The position numbers and the translations under genes are program-made. A stretch of DNA of 64,000 nucleotides from Candidatus Hydrogenedentota bacterium (GTDB taxonomy: Bacteria; Hydrogenedentota; Hydrogenedentia; Hydrogenedentales; SLHB01): assembly GCA_045863295.1 (NCBI GenBank), contig BTWA01000016.1, positions 31,058-95,057 on the forward strand, in the 5' to 3' direction. The first letter of the stretch is position 1; the number at the start of each line of letters is the position of its first letter. The notes below the pieces were generated by a model that was not told the origin of the DNA, ran no database searches, and saw only the letters and a list, made by a program, of their open reading frames with translations. This document shows, piece by piece, positions 1 to 6,516 of this stretch.

Positions 1-488
1 AGGAAGGCTCGCATAGTCTGGAGGGTCGCGACCGATACGTCGTCCCACGCCGCGTGCTGCAAGCCACTCCATGGGTTCAGGATGTTTCCAGAAACGGTCG
101 CACCAGTCCCGTTGTGCGGTGGATGCCATAGGTAGAAAAAGGCCTCGCAAAGGTGAAAGACGCTCTTGAGTCCGAGACCAAATTTCCCGACACTGGCCCG
201 CTCGGCAGCCTTGTAGCCCAAACCGAATAGGCGAATCGCCTTTTCGTCCGCACCCGTAAATTTACCATCATTAACGAAGAAAACGGCAGGACCTCGCAGC
301 AACGGGTGAGCATCATCCGGAAAACCAGGGCACCAGCCGAAATCTAGGCAGGTGGCTTCCGCCGCGTCATCGGCGTTCTGTAAGATCTCCTTGATAATAG
401 GGAAGCCCTTGGCGTACCGGTCATGTAGGTTGTCCCGGATGAGCTGTATATGCGCCGCCGGGGGCGTTTCGAATCCTCTATTCGACAC
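1..488 (-). CDS. Sacsin-like GHKL (HATPase) N-terminal domain protein, 5' part only (runs off left edge)
   Basis: Manual translation from GTG at 488 (AGGGG upstream) is open to position 1: MSNRGFETPPAAHIQLIRDNLHDRYAKGFPIIKEILQNADDA...HPLLRGPAVFFVNDGKFT...SVGKFGLGLKSVFHLCEAFFY. ExxQNADDA, NDG and GKFGLGxKSVF are sacsin/GHKL motifs. Confidence 0.88.
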   Translation of the reverse strand, partial: MSNRGFETPPAAHIQLIRDNLHDRYAKGFPIIKEILQNADDAAEATCLDFGWCPGFPDDAHPLLRGPAVFFVNDGKFTGADEKAIRLFGLGYKAAERASVGKFGLGLKSVFHLCEAFFYLWHPPHNGTGATVSGNILNPWSGLQHAAWDDVSVATLQTMRAF

Positions 489-605
489 TAAGAGTCCCCT
501 GGTGTCATTCCTTATCAGCTACAGCCACACGACACAGTCGCAAGCTGTTCATTGCCTAATTTCGAGTCGCATGACTTCACTCTGCGGGAACTGCCGATGC
601 CGCAC

Positions 606-788
606 CTACCGAGTCTGATCTTCGCGATCTTCACTCTGCACGTACTTTTCCGCTGCCTCCCTCACGACCCACGCCAGGGATACTTTCTTCCTTCTGGCGA
701 TGCGTTCTAATGCCCTGTAGAGTTCGGCAGGAAAGCCAATGGAGGCCCGCACCAGCGCGCCCTTTCTCTTCGATTTGACCTTCTGCAC
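606..788 (-). CDS. CopG/ribbon-helix-helix transcriptional regulator
   Basis: RASIGFPAELYRALERIARRKKVSLAWVVREAAEKYV fits the RHH beta-alpha-alpha pattern. Likely start is GTG at 788, preceded by GGGAGAGG. Confidence 0.85.
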   Translation of the reverse strand: MQKVKSKRKGALVRASIGFPAELYRALERIARRKKVSLAWVVREAAEKYVQSEDREDQTR

Positions 789-800
789 AATACCTCTCCC

Positions 801-816
801 TGTGGTGATCACCACA
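801..816. promoter_or_regulatory. Perfect 16-bp palindrome, putative operator of the RHH gene
   Basis: TGTGGTGATCACCACA lies directly upstream of the RHH RBS; a second inverted pair CACC-GAATT-GGTG is at 820-832. Confidence 0.6.
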
Positions 817-1103
817 TTACACCGAATTGGTGCGTATCGGCAAAATTACGCCACCCCGGTATCGTGGCAGTCTGGCGGGAATAACAGGCTCCTAGCCGGG
901 AAGACCTTACTTTTGAGCAAACGGTACAGGGGAGCCGCTCACCAAGGAACGGCCGGTTCCAGGTAGAGAGGTATGCTCGTCGGGTACTAGCATGGCGACG
1001 ATCAGAAGAGCGAAGGTATGGCGGGACGGGCGGGACCGGCTGAAATTGAACTGCGTCAATAAGTTTACTTATTCGGAGCGATTCAATGCGGAGAAAACGA
1101 TAA

Positions 1104-2276
1104 GTGAAAACCAAAGAATGGCGAATGACTCGTCAAGAATTCTACGAGCATCTATGGAGCAAGCCCATGAAGGTTTTGGAAGAGGAACTCGGGATTTGGT
1201 ACGGCCAGATGCTGGGAATAATTCGAGACTACAAGATTCCTCAACCGCCGATGGGACACTGGATGAAGGTCCAACATGGAAAGTCCGCTCGCAAGCCGCC
1301 ATTGGAACCACTTCCCGGCAAAGAGGAAATCGTGTTGAACCTTTACGTGCCAGATGAACGTCCGTACGACGAGCAGCAGAAGCAGCAGGCGGAGGGCTTG
1401 CTCGCAAAGGATTCGAGCCCAGAGAAACGTATCGTCGTCCCGAATGAGTTGACCGACGCTCATCCGTTGGTTATGAGGGCGGAACGGAGTCTTCGAAATG
1501 CGAGTGCAAATGAAAGACAACTGTTGATCCCGTCTGCGAAGAATTGCCTTGATATTCGTGTGTCGAAGGAAGCTTTGTCTCGTGCGTTGCGAATCATGGA
1601 CGCACTGATCAAAGCACTGGAAGCCCGAGATATTGCCGTTGAACTTACCGGGGAGCGAGACATTCCGACACGCGTCATCGTCTTGGGAGAGACATTTGGG
1701 ATAGGCCTTGCGGAAAAGGTGGATCGGCGGGAAAAGGAACTAACGCCGCAACAAAAGAAGGAAAAGGAGTGGCACTCATGGATGTACAGTCGGCAAGAAT
1801 TCACGTACCATCCAAATGGTCAGTTTGTACTCAGCATCAAAGAAGGTCGCACAAGCTATGGTCGACAGAACTGGTCGGATGGTAAAGTGCAGCGGGTCGA
1901 AAACCTGCTTAACAAGTTCATCTGCGCGTTGTACCGTTCCGCGGTCACCGCTCGTTCGGACCGGATACAGCGCGAAATTGACGAAGCGAAGCGACTGGAA
2001 AAACAGCGGAGGAATGAAGAACTGCGGCGACTGCAGCAGATTGAGCGCGCACGACTCGAGAACCTGGAGAAGCACGCCGAATTGTGGAAGCGCAGCCAAA
2101 CGATCAGAGCGTATGTTGGGGCCGTCCAGGAGCGGGCCGACAAAGAGACGTTTACATACGGAGACCTTCCGGTGACGGAATGGATAGACTGGGCGCTTCA
2201 GCAGGCCGATCGCCTTGACCCACTCTGTGTGAGCCCTTACTCCGTGCTTGACGAGAAGGTAGACTCGTGGTGGTAA
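1104..2276 (+). CDS. Conserved hypothetical protein of genomic islands (N-terminal HTH-like region, C-terminal coiled coil)
   Basis: 390-aa ORF with GGAG upstream. N-terminal TRQEFYEHLWSKPM..L..ELGI......I...YKIPQPPMGHWMK resembles a family I recall near island integrases. C-terminal W..WA...AD.LDP motif. Confidence 0.75.
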   Translation: MKTKEWRMTRQEFYEHLWSKPMKVLEEELGIWYGQMLGIIRDYKIPQPPMGHWMKVQHGKSARKPPLEPLPGKEEIVLNLYVPDERPYDEQQKQQAEGLLAKDSSPEKRIVVPNELTDAHPLVMRAERSLRNASANERQLLIPSAKNCLDIRVSKEALSRALRIMDALIKALEARDIAVELTGERDIPTRVIVLGETFGIGLAEKVDRREKELTPQQKKEKEWHSWMYSRQEFTYHPNGQFVLSIKEGRTSYGRQNWSDGKVQRVENLLNKFICALYRSAVTARSDRIQREIDEAKRLEKQRRNEELRRLQQIERARLENLEKHAELWKRSQTIRAYVGAVQERADKETFTYGDLPVTEWIDWALQQADRLDPLCVSPYSVLDEKVDSWW

Positions 2277-2575
2277 TTGCACAACGAGACCTGAGTGAGT
2301 CAGCTCTGGGGTCAAGAACGACGTTGCGAACAGATTTCCTGCTCTTCAGGTGATACTCAATTTGATAATTACAAATTGACGACCATGGTGAAAATGGTTA
2401 AGATGGGAAGGTGGTGAGGAGCGAGCGTATCTCGCTCTGTTGTCGTAAGTTATAGATTTTGTAAGTACTTGTGGCGGCTTGGGTTAAGACTCTCATAACC
2501 CAAAGGTGCGGGTGGTCGTAACTTTCGAGACTCGGCCAGTTTACGTAAGTCAGAAGTGCCCAACTGATACTTGAC

Positions 2576-2812
2576 TTGATACACACGAAGAAAGCCCATT
2601 CAAGTTCCGAATCGCCATATATCTCCCCCAAGCAATTAGCCGCTCGGTGGTGCTGTTCCCGCTCCACGGTCGACCGCATCACGGCACGACACGAATTCAC
2701 TCGAGTGTGCCTCGGCGAAGGAAAGAACGGCATCGTGCGCTTTCTCGTCGAGGAAGTTGAGCAGTTTGAACAATCGCGGACAGTGCCGAAGCCGGCTCGG
2801 CGCTCCAGATAG
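2576..2812 (+). CDS. Excisionase-like helix-turn-helix (HTH_17/AlpA-like) protein
   Basis: YISPKQLAARWCCSRSTVDRI...GKNGIVRFLVEEVEQFEQSR is the winged-HTH pattern of MerR-like excisionases. Confidence 0.75.
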   Translation: MIHTKKAHSSSESPYISPKQLAARWCCSRSTVDRITARHEFTRVCLGEGKNGIVRFLVEEVEQFEQSRTVPKPARRSR

Positions 2813-3058
2813 CTCTGTTTCCGCCCGTCTCTTCCGCTGTTCGCAGTTACTCATTTCCGCTCGCACGCCGGATCGAAGAGAAATCAACGGCCCACACATG
2901 CTGTCATCGGTTAAGCTCAAGCTACCCAGGACGGCACCGGAATCACTCTATCCCAAATGGAATCGAGCCAATCGCAGGTGTTTTGTGATCTCTGAAACCT
3001 CTTGTCTTCTTCCGCCGCTCATTCAGTGCGGAGGTCAATTCTACAGGAGTCGACTAAG

Positions 3059-3472
3059 ATGCTTGATGATCGAACGCTGCCAAAGCATGTTGGAGAGCCC
3101 GAGCCTCCGCTTAGGTTGACTCGTGACGCCGACCTAGATGACAGACTCCTTGACGAGGTCGGCGGACAATTCCACCCAAGCGTAGACACCAGACTTGATC
3201 GGGATTCACGTGACCGCTTCATACTTTGCCCCCGTGATGAATTCATACCGGGACTTGGCGACCAATTCTGGGCCGGACGGCACAACTCTTTCCAGCCGAA
3301 TTCGGGCGATGGTTTTCTACCGGATCCGCATGACGGCTTTGCTCCAGGTTCACATGATGGGTTTCTTCATGGCACTGGCGATATTTTTCGGCCGTCCCCA
3401 GGCGATGCCTTTCTTCCAGATCCGCGCGATCGATTCTCGCCGGACTCTGGTGACGCATTTCCACCAGCCTAA
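3059..3472 (+). CDS. Hypothetical protein built from about 14 tandem 8-aa repeats (consensus D-x-F-x-P-x-x-G/R/H)
   Basis: AGGAG RBS before ATG 3059. Repeats DRLLDEVG GQFHPSVD TRLDRDSR DRFILCPR DEFIPGLG DQFWAGRH NSFQPNSG DGFLPDPH DGFAPGSH DGFLHGTG DIFRPSPG DAFLPDPR DRFSPDSG DAFPPA. Confidence 0.7.
   Translation: MLDDRTLPKHVGEPEPPLRLTRDADLDDRLLDEVGGQFHPSVDTRLDRDSRDRFILCPRDEFIPGLGDQFWAGRHNSFQPNSGDGFLPDPHDGFAPGSHDGFLHGTGDIFRPSPGDAFLPDPRDRFSPDSGDAFPPA
3140..3469 (+). repeat. Degenerate 24-bp tandem repeat (coding)
   Basis: 24-nt periodicity, e.g. GATGGTTTTCTACCGGATCCGCAT / GATGCCTTTCTTCCAGATCCGCGC / GATCGATTCTCGCCGGACTCTGGT. Conservation is stronger at the amino-acid level than at the DNA level. 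Confidence 0.8.
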
Positions 3473-3535
3473 TATGGTTGCTTACAATCTTCGGACGTAT
3501 ACGCTCAACACCGTAGTGCTTACATCCGACTCCGT

Positions 3536-3760
3536 CTACCGCGGGTCGCCCGTGCGGTCCTCGAGGGCCTCGTAGATGGCCAGCAGCGCCTTCTCCCGCC
3601 AGTACTCCAGCCGGAAGACCTCGACACCCACGTCCCGGCTAACCGCGTCCAGCGGCTCACCGTTCAACAGTCGTAACACCACATCGCACTTACGCTGCGC
3701 ACTCCAACGTTGCTTCGGCCCCAAGAGACCCTGCTTATCTCCCTTCGATTCCTTGCTCAT
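3536..3760 (-). pseudogene. IS3-family transposase orfA remnant, truncated, no catalytic orfB
   Basis: RWSAQRKCDVVLRLLNGEPLDAVSRDVGVEVFRLEYWREKAL matches IS3-type orfA HTH proteins. It stops early, before the usual leucine-zipper segment, and no DDE domain follows. Confidence 0.65.
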
Positions 3761-4085
3761 AACCCGTCCTCCTTGGTTCACAATTATCTCAAATTCGGAT
3801 CCAATAAAACTGAGCCCGGCTTACGCGTAATTGTTCACCAGTTTCGTGCTCTACGAGACATTTGAACTTTGCGGCAAGATGGAATCTGGTGAAAAACCGG
3901 CTCAGTGGCCTTCTCCAAGCTATTGTCCCTGCGTGGTTTAGCGAAGAAAATAGACGCGATGGTCCAGTTCTCACATCAAGCCGGAAAGGCGGAGGTCCGA
4001 ACGACCCTATGCGAGACCTCATTCAACGGTGCATGAAGGTCCCGAACACAAGCGAAAGCCTCGCCCCCTCCCATCCATTCCCGCG

Positions 4086-4115
4086 TTGCATCATTTATGT
4101 GGCATTAATTATGAT
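4086..4115 (+). promoter_or_regulatory. Putative sigma70 promoter of the HTH-recombinase/integrase operon
   Basis: TTGCAT (4086-4091) - 18 nt - TATGAT (4110-4115); ATG at 4123 follows 7 nt later with no Shine-Dalgarno. Confidence 0.45.
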
Positions 4116-4122
4116 AAGACTT

Positions 4123-4701
4123 ATGGACTCGAAGACCTTCACAGTTCGTGAAGTAGCGGAGCGGCTCGGCGTGGCAGCACCCACGGTATATCACTGGGTT
4201 GCCAACGGCGTGCTGAGACACACGCGGAAATCGAGACGAATTTTGTTTACTGATTCCGATCTTGTCGAATTTGCGCGATCACGCTACGTTCCGCGTCAAA
4301 GAATCAGACAAGGCCAGGCGGAAGACGTCTTGAATCCTCTGCGGCGGGGACCTCTCGGATATGCAATCGTCGAGAACAAGATTCGCTTGATCCCCGATGA
4401 GGCTAGGCTGGTCCGCTTTGTCTACGACGTTTACGCTTTGGCCGGTGACTTGGACTGGGTTCTGCGTTTCCTGAACACTCGCTCCATGTTTCCTGCGGAT
4501 GGCACTCCATGGACCCGGAAACTGCTGTACGCTCTGCTTTCAAACCCCATCTATAAGGGCAGGCTCCCCATAGCCAAACGGAAGGAACTCGCATCAAAAG
4601 TAGATTTTAGGCGTGAAGTCTTCCAGCCAATCGTGAGTCGCGAACTATACTCCCGAGTGCGAATCCTGCTCGACCGCGAGCAACGGAGTGATGAATCATG
4701 A
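4123..4701 (+). CDS. Fusion of an excisionase-like HTH_17 domain and a non-catalytic 'Recombinase' DNA-binding domain
   Basis: N-term FTVREVAERLGVAAPTVYHWVANGVL...RRILFTDSDLVEF. C-term GPLGY...PDEARLVRFVYDVY...LN...W....L..LLSNPIYKG...PIVSRELYSRV aligns by eye with the Recombinase domain of the adjacent LSR. No resolvase catalytic domain. ATGA overlap with the next gene. The track start (3862) is probably too far upstream. Confidence 0.85.
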   Translation: MDSKTFTVREVAERLGVAAPTVYHWVANGVLRHTRKSRRILFTDSDLVEFARSRYVPRQRIRQGQAEDVLNPLRRGPLGYAIVENKIRLIPDEARLVRFVYDVYALAGDLDWVLRFLNTRSMFPADGTPWTRKLLYALLSNPIYKGRLPIAKRKELASKVDFRREVFQPIVSRELYSRVRILLDREQRSDES

Positions 4702-6296
4702 AATCGTGCGGCTTGTACGTGCGTGTCTCGACAGACATGCAGGCGCAGGTGAGAGATGGCTCTCTTGACACGCAAGAAGACAAATTGCGCGCGTATGTCA
4801 AGCTTCGGGATTCATCGAAGGAGAGTTGGCAGGTCGTAGAGGTGTACCGTGAAGAGGGACGCTCTGGGGCAGATGATTCTCGTCCACAGTACACACGGCT
4901 CATTCACGACGCGCAAAGCGGCCGAATCAATGTTGTCCTGTGCACGAAATTAGACCGTTTTTCTCGGTCGCTTCTGGACTTTTACAAGGCATACGAGCAG
5001 TTCCAGGCGAAGGAAGTTGATTTCATCACGCTTGAGGAAAACTTCGACACCTCGACGCCCGCTGGTCGAGCGATGCTAAAGATCGCTCTCGTTTTTGCGG
5101 AGCTAGAGCGGGAGCAAACATCAAAGCGCACGAAGGACAAGATGGAGTGGCGGGCACAACAGGGCCTCTGGAACGGTGGACAGATACTCGGTTACGACAT
5201 CGACCCCGACGACCACGGTATTCTGAAGATGAATCCGGAAGAGGCTCAGATTGTTCAACTGATATTCAACACCTATCTTGAGACGCATTCGTACCTGAAG
5301 ACAGCGAAAGTTGTGAATGAGAAGGGGATTCGCTCGAAACAGTTTCACTCGCGTCGAGGAAACCTTCGAGGGGGGAACACTTTTCAGGACACCACGATAG
5401 GACACATCCTTCGGAATCCAGTTTACATCGGCAAGGTCACACACAACGGGATGATTTACGAGGGAAAACACGATGGCATTATTCCACCTCCATTGTGGGA
5501 AGAAGTTCAGGAGTGCATCAGACTATATGGTCCAAAACGGAGTGGCGGCCGACAACACCGATTACACGTTTTTCTTTTGGAAGGACTCGTTGAGTGTGGC
5601 TGGTGTGGCGCCGCAATGACTCCGAAATTTGCCCATGGACAAAACAAGAAGCGGTACTTCTACTACCAATGCTCGCGAAATGACCATCGGGGCAAAGATG
5701 GCTGCAAAATGAAGTATGTGCCGGCAGAGCCACTTGAACGTCTCGTATCAGAGCGTATAAAGGACATCGCAACCGACGACAACTTGCTCGAGGGGATCGT
5801 CCAAGAGGCAAACGAAACGTCGAAAACCGAGCGAGACGAAATCGCGAGGAAACGAAAGCTGCTGAGCAGACAACTCGCCGAAGTGAAGCAGACGGTCAAT
5901 AATTGGTTAGACCTAATCGGCAACGGTACGGCCAAGAAAACAGGCTCGGCCACGACGTTGCTGGAGCGGATCGGAGAGGGCGAGAAACGGCGGAAGGAAC
6001 TTGACCAAGGATTAATGGAGCTGGGTCTCCAGGAGGGGGAACTGAAGAAGAAAATTCTTGACGCCGAGATTATGCGGGACTCCCTAGACAGGTTCCGAGA
6101 CCTTTTTGACGAGGCTCAGGAAGAGGAAAAGAAATTCCTGCTCCAGTTGATGATAGCCCGCATCATCTGGACGCCCGAGGAAATAAAGATCGCCCTGTAC
6201 GATCGTCCGACCGATACAGGGCGATTATCGACCAACTCCAGCGTAAACCGCGACGGCGAAGTTTCGCTGGAGATCGCAAACTGGCTCCGCGGGTAG
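4698..6296 (+). CDS. Large serine recombinase (integrase): resolvase catalytic, Recombinase, zinc-ribbon and coiled-coil domains
   Basis: YVRVST catalytic motif, KLDRFSR, FAELEREQTSKR, LGY..PEEA..V, LRNPVYIG, CGWCG...YYYQC...GC zinc ribbon; 532 aa. Confidence 0.97.
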   Translation: MKSCGLYVRVSTDMQAQVRDGSLDTQEDKLRAYVKLRDSSKESWQVVEVYREEGRSGADDSRPQYTRLIHDAQSGRINVVLCTKLDRFSRSLLDFYKAYEQFQAKEVDFITLEENFDTSTPAGRAMLKIALVFAELEREQTSKRTKDKMEWRAQQGLWNGGQILGYDIDPDDHGILKMNPEEAQIVQLIFNTYLETHSYLKTAKVVNEKGIRSKQFHSRRGNLRGGNTFQDTTIGHILRNPVYIGKVTHNGMIYEGKHDGIIPPPLWEEVQECIRLYGPKRSGGRQHRLHVFLLEGLVECGWCGAAMTPKFAHGQNKKRYFYYQCSRNDHRGKDGCKMKYVPAEPLERLVSERIKDIATDDNLLEGIVQEANETSKTERDEIARKRKLLSRQLAEVKQTVNNWLDLIGNGTAKKTGSATTLLERIGEGEKRRKELDQGLMELGLQEGELKKKILDAEIMRDSLDRFRDLFDEAQEEEKKFLLQLMIARIIWTPEEIKIALYDRPTDTGRLSTNSSVNRDGEVSLEIANWLRG

Positions 6297-6357
6297 GACT
6301 CGAACCTACGACATGGTGGTTAACAGCCACCCGCTCTACCAACTGAGCTACCGCGGA
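6282..6357 (-). tRNA. tRNA-Asn (anticodon GTT), CCA encoded
   Basis: Reverse complement TCCGCGG TA GCTC AGTTGGTA GAGC G GGTGG CT GTT AA CCACC ATGTC GTAGG TTCGAGT CCTAC CCGCGGA G CCA folds into a perfect 76-nt cloverleaf. Confidence 0.99.
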
Positions 6358-6516
6358 ACAGAATTAAATCCGAGCCCCTCCATTTCCAATGGAAAGAGGC
6401 GGATTCAGCGGCAAAGCGTAGCAAATGGCGGGGACTCCGTTCAACTTTTGCCCGGCCCACGCGACTGGCTGACTCCCGGCACATATCCCGCTTGCCAGGA
6501 CAGTACCTGGCCACGG

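Larger units (their letters stand above)
1..6296. mobile_element. Right-hand part of an integrated genomic island inserted at the 3' end of tRNA-Asn; left boundary is outside the window
   Basis: A large serine recombinase abuts and overlaps the tRNA 3' end. The region carries excisionase-like HTH genes, an IS remnant and a defence-type ATPase. Spot counts of 60-nt lines give about 40-53% GC in the recombinase versus about 62% in the neighbouring GH95 gene. Confidence 0.85.

Noticed and set aside
77-618. Track ORFs 77..316 and 352..618
   Set aside because: They are alternative-frame or antisense shadows of the sacsin-like ORF, which carries real motifs.
3140-3469. 24-bp periodic sequence as a CRISPR array
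   Set aside because: Units are contiguous with no spacers, diverge at the DNA level, keep one reading frame, and no cas genes are present.
3862-4122. N-terminal extension of the 279-aa track ORF
   Set aside because: TTG start with no RBS, no domain-like sequence, and it spans inverted repeats and a promoter-like element; the HTH begins right after ATG 4123.
1-6281. Second copy of the tRNA-Asn 3' end (other att site)
   Set aside because: I saw no repeat of TGGCTCCGCGGGTAG by eye; the far boundary is presumably left of the window.
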